This document shows, in pieces, positions 9,586-17,401 of a DNA stretch of 32,000 nucleotides. Position 1 is the first letter of the stretch. Each line of letters begins with the position of its first letter. Where the stretch lies: contig NC_003413.1 in the NCBI RefSeq assembly GCF_000007305.1, positions 707,318 through 739,317 on the forward strand, read 5' to 3'. Below the pieces are notes generated by a model. The model was not told the origin of the DNA. It saw only the letters and a list, made by a program, of their open reading frames with translations, and ran no database searches. The DNA is from Pyrococcus furiosus DSM 3638. GTDB lineage: Archaea > Methanobacteriota_B > Thermococci > Thermococcales > Thermococcaceae. Both the position numbers and the translations under genes were made by a program.

Positions 9586-10110
9586 ATGTACTACCTCCAC
9601 AACGAATTTAGGAAGAAAATTCAGCCGATTGAACCCCTGGTGGAGCTTATAAGGGAGAGGATTCCAAAAAGGGACATTCTCGTAGATTTTGGAGCTGGGA
9701 CGGGATACTTTACTCTTCCCCTTGCGAAGCTCTTCAGAGAAGTCTATGCAATTGATATAAACGCTGAGAGACTGGAATACCTTAGGAAGAGGCTTAAGGA
9801 AGAGGGGATAACGAACGTAAAGCTAATCCTCGGAGATAAACTACCCGACGTGAAGGCTGATCTGATACTACTCTCAAATGTTATCCACGAGCTCCCAGAG
9901 CCCGAAAAATTCCTTAGAGAAGTGGCTGAAAGGGCTGACTATGTCCTCGTGCTCGACTGGAGGAAAACCTCCACTCCCTGGGGGCCGCCGTTGGAGGAGA
10001 GGATAAGCGAAGAGGAAGCGAGGAAAATGATGGAAGAATACTTTATTGTTGAGGTCTTTAACCTCTATCCCTACCACTACTGCCTACTTGGAACCCGTCG
10101 TTTCCGTTAA
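9586..10110 (+). CDS. Class I SAM-dependent methyltransferase
   Basis: Motif I is ILVDFGAGTGYFT and post-I is EVYAIDIN. GGGGGTGA lies upstream of the ATG. Confidence 0.8.
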   Translation: MYYLHNEFRKKIQPIEPLVELIRERIPKRDILVDFGAGTGYFTLPLAKLFREVYAIDINAERLEYLRKRLKEEGITNVKLILGDKLPDVKADLILLSNVIHELPEPEKFLREVAERADYVLVLDWRKTSTPWGPPLEERISEEEARKMMEEYFIVEVFNLYPYHYCLLGTRRFR

Positions 10111-10118
10111 TTTTTTAT
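10111..10118 (+). terminator. Oligo-T tract right after the methyltransferase stop (possible archaeal terminator)
   Basis: The sequence ttttttat follows the stop codon directly. Confidence 0.3.
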
Positions 10119-10640
10119 CTGTTCAGATGGGAAGGGTCCTTCACGTATCTCACACAGAAAAAACACCTTCGAGTGGACAAAAAAACCTATAATCACCCTC
10201 TACACCAAACAACACTACGAGCTGAACGGGATCTTCCTACCCTATGCTAAAGCATGCCCCATAGTCAAGGATACTGAGCCATACAAACTCCTATCAAGCT
10301 AAGTCGCACAGCAAACGATGAAAATCGTTGAGAGAAACTCCCGCTACATGCTCAACGAGAGAAAGAAGGGAAACTTTTCCGCGACTTCAGACTGTTTAAT
10401 GTCAGAGGTGTAAGGTTCAGTGTTTAATTCTGACACTAAGCCGTATTCTGCTTCTAAGGGTGGTCTCTGGTACTAACGCACTCTAGAGACTTCGCGTTGG
10501 AAGAAGTCAAAGCTGTGCTCCGAGCCAAAGTTAAGACCCATAGATCATGAACAGCATCCAGCTGGAAGGGTTGGAGACCCAATGGACATAGCCCACTTTA
10601 GCTGACAACGAAAAAGCTGGCATAATAACTAAAACAAAAA

Positions 10641-10650
10641 ACTATAAAAA
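10641..10650 (+). promoter_or_regulatory. TATA-box-like element upstream of the heliorhodopsin-like gene
   Basis: The sequence actataaaaa lies about 36-45 nt upstream of the ATG at 10686. This would give a very short leader or a leaderless mRNA. Confidence 0.35.
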
Positions 10651-10685
10651 TATGTTATTGTGTTATATTAAATTATGTGATTTAT

Positions 10686-11429
10686 ATGGGGGACAAGTTC
10701 AAGTCTCTGAAAAGGCTCAACATGATAGCGGGAGTGTTCCACCTGATACAGGGAGTCCTCATACTCCTGCTTTCCAGCGATTTCACCGTTACCATAACCC
10801 GAAACTACCTTAAGTTTGACGAGGCCACGAGGAGCCTCGTGACGGTAACGGAGAACCTCTTTGAGGTCAAGCTGGTGTACCTCATAGCCCTCTTCCCGTT
10901 CCTAACCGCTTTATCCCATCTCGCGGTTTCAACGGTGCTCTTTGAGTCCTACAAGAAGAACCTCTCCAAAGGCATCAATCCCTACCGCTGGGCCGAGTAC
11001 TCAGTGACCTCCTCGATCATGGTGGTCATAATAGCCCTCCTCGTCGGCATCTCGGACATAGGGACTCTCATGCTCATGTTCTCCATCAACGCGGCAATGA
11101 TATTCTTCGGCTACCTCATGGAGCTCCTTAACCAGTACACCGAGAAGGTCAACTGGAGCCCCTTCATCTTCGGCTCCTTCGCGGGGATAATGCCGTGGAT
11201 AGTCATCTTCATGATAATTCTCCGCTCAAACCCGCCGAGCTTCGTGATATGGATATTCGTCAGCATAGCGGTGTTCTTCAACCTCTTCCCGCTCAACATG
11301 GTGCTCCAGTACAAAAAGTGGGGCAAATGGGCGGACTACCTCTACGGAGAGAAGGTTTACATAATACTGAGCTTTGTCTCGAAGACCATACTCGTGTGGC
11401 AGGTCTACGCCGGAACGCTCCAGCCGTGA
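10686..11429 (+). CDS. Heliorhodopsin-like seven-transmembrane protein
   Basis: About 247 aa. From my recollection of characterised heliorhodopsins, it matches along the whole length: NMIAGVFHLIQ, LTALSHL, NPYRWAEYSVTSSIMVV (Glu counter-ion position), GIMPWIVIF, and LQYKKWGKWADYLYGEKVYIILSFVSKTILVWQVYAGTL (Lys at the Schiff-base position). An alternative GTG start lies at 10677. Confidence 0.7.
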   Translation: MGDKFKSLKRLNMIAGVFHLIQGVLILLLSSDFTVTITRNYLKFDEATRSLVTVTENLFEVKLVYLIALFPFLTALSHLAVSTVLFESYKKNLSKGINPYRWAEYSVTSSIMVVIIALLVGISDIGTLMLMFSINAAMIFFGYLMELLNQYTEKVNWSPFIFGSFAGIMPWIVIFMIILRSNPPSFVIWIFVSIAVFFNLFPLNMVLQYKKWGKWADYLYGEKVYIILSFVSKTILVWQVYAGTLQP

Positions 11430-11464
11430 GATTTTTACCCCTTCTTATTTTTGGGTGATTACCG

Positions 11465-11689
11465 ATGGAAGATGAGTACGTTATAAAAGACCTCGACCAG
11501 TTCGTGGAGCTGTGGACGAGCATCTACAACACAGGAGGAAAGCCCGACTGGTCCCACATTCTGCCCTACTACAGCGAGAACATCCACTTCAGGGATAGCA
11601 TACAGGAGATACACGGCATAGAGGAGTTCAAAAAGATGGTGGAAAGACTCACAAAGCGCTCCAAGGAGCTCAAGTTTGTCATAAAGTAA
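11465..11689 (+). CDS. NTF2/SnoaL-like fold protein, probably C-terminally truncated
   Basis: The 74-aa ORF (FVELWTSIYNTGGKPDWSHILPYYSENIHFRDSIQEIHGIEEFKKMVERL) looks like the first half of a SnoaL-like domain of about 130 aa, and then stops. Confidence 0.4.
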   Translation: MEDEYVIKDLDQFVELWTSIYNTGGKPDWSHILPYYSENIHFRDSIQEIHGIEEFKKMVERLTKRSKELKFVIK

Positions 11690-11715
11690 TCCTCCTCGGC
11701 CTTGCGTTCGCCCAC

Positions 11716-12039
11716 ATGGCGCCAATAAAGGTGGAAAACCCCGACGTGCTTGGCGTCCTCCTTACGGCCCTCCTTTGGGCACCCGCCAACGCCTCAAGCG
11801 AGCAGCTCCTCTGGCTCTATATATTCGACTCGTGGGGTCTCTACTCGGAAAAGCCGAAGCTCTCCTACAGACTAATCGGCCTCCTGCTCTTCTCGGCCTA
11901 CGTTAGGATCATACACACCCTGTTCTGGACGAAGTTCCTGCAGGTTGTCGATCCTAAGAGCGTCTTTGGAGTTATCTTCGTGCTCCTCACCACAATATCC
12001 GGCTACCTCCACATTATCGTGTGGCGCAGGTCGGGATAG
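11716..12039 (+). CDS. Hypothetical membrane protein
   Basis: 107-aa ORF with 3 hydrophobic segments. A TAGATG junction links it to a further 29-aa hydrophobic ORF (12040..12129), so it may be one gene split by a stop. Confidence 0.3.
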   Translation: MAPIKVENPDVLGVLLTALLWAPANASSEQLLWLYIFDSWGLYSEKPKLSYRLIGLLLFSAYVRIIHTLFWTKFLQVVDPKSVFGVIFVLLTTISGYLHIIVWRRSG

Positions 12040-12133
12040 ATGGTGTTCACGTTCATACCCCACCTGCTTCTCAACATCGGCCCGCTCCTTTGGACGGGCT
12101 ATAGCATCCTGCCCTATCTCTGGAGGTGATTTT

Positions 12134-12356
12134 ACGTGCCTCTGGTCCCTCCACCCCAAATACCTCGACTCCAAAGGCCTCGTCGCCCTATGGAGGGAGG
12201 GCTTGCTCGCCAAGAAGGTGCTCGAGGGGAAGACGAGGAGCTACAGGAACCATCCCCCAGCTCGAGCGCTTCAAAAACCATCCTGAGCCCCTGAGGGCTA
12301 TAAATGCCTACCTCTACGAGGTGTGGAAGGAGTTGCATAGGGGGCTACCGTTTTGA
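12134..12356 (+). pseudogene. Pyrimidine-dimer DNA glycosylase (Pyr_excise-like) family remnant, with frameshifts and no start codon
   Basis: CLWSLHPKYLDSKGLVALWREGLLAKKVLEGKTRSYRNHP is in frame 2. It continues as QLERFKNHPEPLRAINAYLYEVWKE in frame 3 after a C5 run (12254-12258). A further shift at a G5 run (12340-12344) would give RGYRFD. GGAGGTGAT is followed by ACG where ATG is expected. Confidence 0.6.
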
Positions 12357-12390
12357 CATTAGGAAGATGAGGAGAAGCCTCGTGGAGAAT

Positions 12391-12957
12391 TCAGAGACCT
12401 TCCTCGTTCTCCTTCAGATTTTTCCTCACCTCATCCCTTATCGGCTTTAAAGCCTTCGTGTACTTCTCAAGAGTTTTGAGGAGTCTTTCAACCCTCTCTC
12501 TGTATTTCTCGTCTTTAAGCTCCTCACTCTCAAAGAGATCATCGACGTTGTAAAACAGAACTTGCCCTACGGGGAGCATTTTGTAATTTACTGCCGCTAA
12601 CCTTAACTCTTGGAGAAGTCTTACTCCACCTGTAACTGACGACACTGTGACTATTCCAACAGGTAAGCTCTCATACTCGTCAAATATTGTGTCGAGGAGT
12701 ATCTTGAGCTCTCCTGGATAACTTCCATTATATTCGGGGGCAACTATGGCAAGGGCATCGGCTTCAAGGATTTTTGCCCTATAGCGTTCTATTTCCGGTG
12801 TTACATTCCAGCGGTGGGTATAACAGAGGAGGTAGTCCTTCACATCTATAAGCTCAGCATCCCAACCAAGTTCTTTGGCCTTTTTTGTCAAATATCGAGC
12901 AACTTTCTCACTTTGTCTTCCTTTTCTTGCCGTTCCGAGAATAACTTTGAGCTTCAT
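12391..12957 (-). CDS. NADPH-dependent FMN reductase-family protein
   Basis: It has MKLKVILGTARKGRQSEKVARYL and IVAPEYNGSYPGELKILLD, the conserved PEYN motif of the family. Confidence 0.85.
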   Translation of the reverse strand: MKLKVILGTARKGRQSEKVARYLTKKAKELGWDAELIDVKDYLLCYTHRWNVTPEIERYRAKILEADALAIVAPEYNGSYPGELKILLDTIFDEYESLPVGIVTVSSVTGGVRLLQELRLAAVNYKMLPVGQVLFYNVDDLFESEELKDEKYRERVERLLKTLEKYTKALKPIRDEVRKNLKENEEGL

Positions 12958-13098
12958 GTTATCACCATATGAAATTTCTGATTTTTGAACTTTAAATTTA
13001 TCCTCTCGAAATGAAAAGTTTCGAAATTAAAAACTTTACACTTTGTTAGGACAACCTTTTTAAATTAGGGGAACCTAATTAATGATGGGGTAAACCAA

Positions 13099-13668
13099 AT
13101 GATAAGGGTTGGAGAAGTGGTTCCTGATTTCGAGGCCGATGCTTACTTTCCGGAGAAGGACGAAATAGGAAAGCTCAGGATTTCGGACTACAGAGGCAAA
13201 TGGGTCGTTCTGGCCTTTTATCCAGCGGACTTTACGTTTGTCTGCCCAACGGAGCTTGAGGAGCTCGCTGAGTATTATGAGGAATTCAAGAAGGAAGGAG
13301 CTGAAATAATAAGCGTTTCAACGGACACAGCTTATGTTCACAAAGCTTGGCATGATACTTCACCCGCTATAAAGAAAGTGAGATTTCCGATGCTTGCTGA
13401 TCCTGCTGGAAAGATATGTAGGCTCTTTGGAACATACATTGAAGATGAGGGCATCTCCTGGAGAGCTACCTTCATAATAGATCCTGATGGAAAAGTTGTT
13501 CACATGGAAATGCACGACAACAGCATAGGTAGAAGTGCTAAAGAGATACTCAGAAGGCTTAGGGCCGCTAAATTCGTTCGCGAGAATCCTGGAGTGGTCT
13601 GTCCAGCAAGCTGGGAACCTGGCAAGGAAGCCTTAAAAGTTAGCCTTGATCTTGTTGGGAAAATATGA
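13099..13668 (+). CDS. Peroxiredoxin, AhpC/TSA typical 2-Cys type
   Basis: The peroxidatic motif is FTFVCPTEL and the resolving-Cys motif is VVCPASWEPG. Confidence 0.9.
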   Translation: MIRVGEVVPDFEADAYFPEKDEIGKLRISDYRGKWVVLAFYPADFTFVCPTELEELAEYYEEFKKEGAEIISVSTDTAYVHKAWHDTSPAIKKVRFPMLADPAGKICRLFGTYIEDEGISWRATFIIDPDGKVVHMEMHDNSIGRSAKEILRRLRAAKFVRENPGVVCPASWEPGKEALKVSLDLVGKI

Positions 13669-13690
13669 TTTTCTTTTCTTATTTCTCTTT
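13669..13690 (+). terminator. T-rich tract after the peroxiredoxin stop (possible archaeal terminator)
   Basis: The sequence ttttcttttcttatttctcttt lies directly downstream of the TGA. Confidence 0.3.
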
Positions 13691-14002
13691 ATCGCAAAGA
13701 TGTGTACTTCCAAAGGAAAAACTATTTTGGAGCTAATTTTTAGATCTTGTAAAACGATTTTCCTCCCATATTTTCACTTTTGAAAGTATCATTTTTTAGA
13801 ATATTCAAAATTGGGCATTTTGTTTGGATTAAGTTCTGTAGATGTTCGATATTCGAATTTTAAATATTTGACATGTGAAATTTGTAGGTATTTTAAAAGA
13901 AACCTTTGACTGAGTGGCTCAAAATTTCGAATGTGAAATAGTAGCGTTAATAAACTACCCTAATTATTTTAGAATGTCCTAATAAATTTAGGAGGTGCAA
14001 AA

Positions 14003-14839
14003 ATGATAGGACAGTTTCTAATTACATTTAGAGAAGCATTAGAAGCAGCGATAATTGTTGCTATTATAATTGCCTACCTTAAACGTACTGATAGGGAAGA
14101 GCAAATCAGAGACGTATGGATAGGAGTTGGGTTATCGGTACTTGCTAGCGTAGTTCTAGGTGCAATAATCCTTGGACTTTACGGGGGAATTGAAGAGAAG
14201 GAGCTCTTTGAAGGCATTGCCTCTTACTTAGCTGTTATAGTTTTAACAAGCATGATCTACTGGATGGCTACCAAGGGAAGAAACATTAGAGCTGAAATAG
14301 AAAGGAAGGTAAGCAAGGCTATAAATCCTCTTGCCTTAGTGGGGTTTACCTTTATAGTAGTTTTTAGGGAGGGTCTTGAAACTGTGTTATTCCTTACACC
14401 TTTCGCTATCCAGGACTTGGGAGGAACTTTAATGGGACTTGTAAGTGGTATTATAGGTGCTTTGATTTTAGCGTATCTCATCTACGGTGTTGGGATGAGA
14501 ATAAACCTAAGGACGTTCTTCTACTACAGCTCGATACTGCTCGTTTTCGTTGCTGCTGGATTGGCTGGCTATGGAACTCACGAGCTCATTGAGTGGGCCG
14601 AAGAGGAGGGGATGAACCTCGGCTTTATTGAGGAGACAGCCTACAACCTTGGCATTCCTGAGGATAGTGTGTTCCATCACAAGGGAGTTATTGGTTCAAT
14701 CTTTGCAGTACTCTTTGGCTATTCCGTAAAGATGGAATGGGGAAGAGTGATAGTTCAATTCGGGTACTTAATAGTTACCCTATACCTCGTGCTTAGGGCC
14801 TATGGGCAGGAAACTCCAACCGCAAAGGCCGAGAAATGA
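14003..14839 (+). CDS. FTR1/EfeU-family high-affinity iron permease
   Basis: It has two REXXE motifs (FREALEAA near the N-terminus, FREGLETV mid-protein) and about 7 TM segments. AGGAGGTG lies upstream of the ATG. Confidence 0.85.
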   Translation: MIGQFLITFREALEAAIIVAIIIAYLKRTDREEQIRDVWIGVGLSVLASVVLGAIILGLYGGIEEKELFEGIASYLAVIVLTSMIYWMATKGRNIRAEIERKVSKAINPLALVGFTFIVVFREGLETVLFLTPFAIQDLGGTLMGLVSGIIGALILAYLIYGVGMRINLRTFFYYSSILLVFVAAGLAGYGTHELIEWAEEEGMNLGFIEETAYNLGIPEDSVFHHKGVIGSIFAVLFGYSVKMEWGRVIVQFGYLIVTLYLVLRAYGQETPTAKAEK

Positions 14840-14937
14840 TTGATAATTTCTGAATGAACTCTTTTTCTAGTTTTTTCATTTTGAAATAATAACCCTTATA
14901 GTTTTCTTTTGTAAGAGTTGTTCTGGAGAGTGAAACA

Positions 14938-15522
14938 ATGAAGCTGAAAGCCTTATTTTTATTGCTGGCTTTGGGTAGTTTAATCGTTCCCAGGATAGAG
15001 GCAGAAGAATTTGAGTCATCTAAGGTGCACTTCTACATGTACGGTGCCTACTGGTGTCCCCACTGCCGTAACGTTAAGGAAAGTATAAAGGAACACTTCG
15101 GAGAGGAAACACTAACGTATTATGAAATAGAGGGGGTGGAGCACAACAAAAACAAGTTTGAAGAACTCTATCTGCTAACGGGTATAAGCGGTATTCCTGC
15201 TACGGCTATATTCTATGAGGGGGAAATCTATGCGGTGATAGAGGGAGAATTTGACGTCTCCAAAACATGGCAGATTATAACAGAGGCCAAAAACCAAGGT
15301 GGAGTGATTCTAGTGACCAGCGGTAAAGCATACATTTTGAAATGGGACAGTCAGGAAGTGCAGAAGTTAAAGGAAATCTTTTTGAGTGGAAAAGTGAATG
15401 AAACACAGAAAAAAGCAGAAGAAAAAAGCATATGTGGGCCTGCGAGCGTGCTTCTCCTATCCATGGGTGCGATCTACCTTAGAAAGCGTAATTATTCAAC
15501 AGAAGTGTCCAGTAATGTATAA
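14938..15522 (+). CDS. Secreted thioredoxin-fold protein (CPHC) with a CGP-type C-terminal anchor
   Basis: It has an N-terminal signal peptide and the redox motif YWCPHCRNV. The C-terminus reads SICGPASVLLLSMGAIYLRKR: Cys-Gly-Pro, then a hydrophobic helix, then a basic cluster. Confidence 0.7.
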   Translation: MKLKALFLLLALGSLIVPRIEAEEFESSKVHFYMYGAYWCPHCRNVKESIKEHFGEETLTYYEIEGVEHNKNKFEELYLLTGISGIPATAIFYEGEIYAVIEGEFDVSKTWQIITEAKNQGGVILVTSGKAYILKWDSQEVQKLKEIFLSGKVNETQKKAEEKSICGPASVLLLSMGAIYLRKRNYSTEVSSNV

Positions 15523-15557
15523 AAAGATAAAAACTGATTTATCATTGGTGAGAAAAT

Positions 15558-15950
15558 ATGAATTCAAAAGAATTCAGGAAGATAGCTCTTGTTGGAGCAA
15601 GCAAAAATCCAGCTAAGTATGGTAATATAATTCTAAAAGACCTTCTAAGCAAAGGCTTCGAAGTCCTCCCAGTGAACCCGAACTATGATGAGATTGAAGG
15701 CTTGAAGTGCTACAGAAGCGTGAGGGAGCTTCCGAAGGATGTGGACGTCATCGTCTTCGTTGTCCCACCCAAAGTAGGCTTGCAGGTGGCCAAGGAAGCT
15801 GTTGAAGCAGGCTTCAAAAAACTCTGGTTCCAGCCGGGGGCAGAAAGTGAAGAGATAAGGAGATTCTTAGAGAAAGCTGGAGTTGAGTACAGTTTCGGGA
15901 GATGTATAATGGTAGAAACTAGCAATAAGAAGATTTTTCTGGAGGTATGA
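15558..15950 (+). CDS. CoA-binding domain protein
   Basis: IALVGASKNPAKYGNIILKDLLSKGFEVLPVNP is typical of the CoA_binding_2 family. Confidence 0.85.
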   Translation: MNSKEFRKIALVGASKNPAKYGNIILKDLLSKGFEVLPVNPNYDEIEGLKCYRSVRELPKDVDVIVFVVPPKVGLQVAKEAVEAGFKKLWFQPGAESEEIRRFLEKAGVEYSFGRCIMVETSNKKIFLEV

Positions 15951-15953
15951 AAA

Positions 15954-16328
15954 ATGTTCTATTACGTGAGAAAGTTCAAGGAAGATCTTGACTTTTTATG
16001 GGAGCGCTTCAAGAAAAGGCTTGAAGAGGAGGGCTTTCTCATCATAGGGGAGAGAATTCCTGTGGCGATAGTAGAAAGAGAAGACGGCATTGTCGCGGAT
16101 TATCATCTATTGTTTATATGTGACAAAGAACTCGTGGCAGAGCTCGTGAAGATAAATCCAAATATAGGAGCTCTGCTACCCTGTACGGGCTTTGGTTACC
16201 GGAGAGAGGACGGAAACTACCTCGGGGTTACTTTACCCAGTGTGGCGTGGAAGATAGCGGGTGAGGAAGTGGCTGAGCTCATGAAGCCAATGGAAGAGAG
16301 GATCATCAGAATTATTGAGTCGCTGTAA
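15954..16328 (+). CDS. DUF302-family protein
   Basis: 124 aa. YHLLFICD and ALLPCTGFGY match the DUF302 pattern. It is a paralogue of 1325..1678. Confidence 0.65.
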   Translation: MFYYVRKFKEDLDFLWERFKKRLEEEGFLIIGERIPVAIVEREDGIVADYHLLFICDKELVAELVKINPNIGALLPCTGFGYRREDGNYLGVTLPSVAWKIAGEEVAELMKPMEERIIRIIESL

Positions 16329-16412
16329 TTTCAATTTTCAAAGCTTCCTTCCCTTTTTCTTTCCACTTTGGAAAAGGTAAGGACAATAAGCAATTCTCTC
16401 TAATAAATTCTG

Positions 16413-16640
16413 GTGATGCAAATGGTGAAGGCCGTATTGAGGATACCCAACATGAGTTGCCAGCACTGCGTTATGAGGATCAAAAAGGCCATCGAGAGCG
16501 TTGGAGCCAAGGGCGAGGTCAGCCTTGAGAAGAAGACCGCTGTTGTTGAGTTCGAGCCGGAGAAGGTGAGCCTAGACGATATCATTAATGCAATAAAGCG
16601 CTACGGTTACGAGGTCGAGATTGGAGGAGAAGGCTGCTAA
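16413..16640 (+). CDS. Heavy-metal-associated (HMA) domain metallochaperone
   Basis: It has the [18 protein letters not shown]xCxxC motif and a ferredoxin-like fold length. The exact start is ambiguous (GTG 16413, ATG 16416 or ATG 16422). Confidence 0.85.
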   Translation: MMQMVKAVLRIPNMSCQHCVMRIKKAIESVGAKGEVSLEKKTAVVEFEPEKVSLDDIINAIKRYGYEVEIGGEGC

Positions 16641-16756
16641 GCCTTTTTAATCTTTTCTGCGTTATGATTGCCTAATGAAACCAGCCAATTCTGGAGAAGC
16701 TTAAAAGAGAGGAGAACAATATCCCATTGGGAGCCTGATGCCGTTTTTATGTTTTG

Positions 16757-17398
16757 ATGAAAGTCCTCGAATCTGCACCGAGCAGGTACGATAGGGGGAT
16801 CCGGATCATCACACTGGGGAAGCTCGATGAAGCATACGACCGGCTGACCTCCCGCATAAAGCCCGGCCAAAGGGTTCTTGACGTTGGATGCGGTACGGGG
16901 GCATTAACGCTAAGGGCCGCCCTGAGGGGTGCGAGGGTTAAGGCCATTGATATCAACCCCCAGATGCTTGAAATCGCACGAAAGAGGGTTGAAGAGGCGG
17001 GAGTCACGGGAATGGTCGAGCTGTGCGAGATGGGGGTTGCCGAACTCAACACCGAAGCATCGGAGGGCTACGATGCCGTGATGGCGGGCCTCTGCTTCTC
17101 CGAGCTGACCGAAGATGAGTTAAGCTACGCCCTTAGGGAGATTAAAAGAGTGTTAAAGCCCGGGGCACTCCTCCTTATTGCGGACGAAGCGGTGCCAGAG
17201 AGCCCCGTAAAGAGAGTTCTTTCGTGGCTGATAAGGGCCCCGCTCGCCGTTATCGCCTACCTCCTAATCCAGACCACAACGAGGGCCGTAAAGAACCTGC
17301 CCGAAAAGCTTGGGGAAGAGGGATTCCTGATAGAGTCCGTGAGACGGAGCTTTATGGAAGATTTCGTGGAGATTGTGGCGAGAAAACCCGGGAGATGA
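16757..17398 (+). CDS. Class I SAM-dependent methyltransferase with a C-terminal hydrophobic segment
   Basis: Motif I is VLDVGCGTGALTLRAA and post-II is LKPGALLLIADE. A hydrophobic stretch (LSWLIRAPLAVIAYLLIQ) follows. The stop lies 3 nt before the next gene's start. Confidence 0.8.
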   Translation: MKVLESAPSRYDRGIRIITLGKLDEAYDRLTSRIKPGQRVLDVGCGTGALTLRAALRGARVKAIDINPQMLEIARKRVEEAGVTGMVELCEMGVAELNTEASEGYDAVMAGLCFSELTEDELSYALREIKRVLKPGALLLIADEAVPESPVKRVLSWLIRAPLAVIAYLLIQTTTRAVKNLPEKLGEEGFLIESVRRSFMEDFVEIVARKPGR

Positions 17399-17401
17399 GC
17401 C

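Noticed and set aside
10311-10440. Possible C/D-box sRNA (acgatga ... ctga elements)
   Set aside because: The C box is imperfect (ACGATGA). No properly spaced C'/D' and D boxes or terminal stem could be found.
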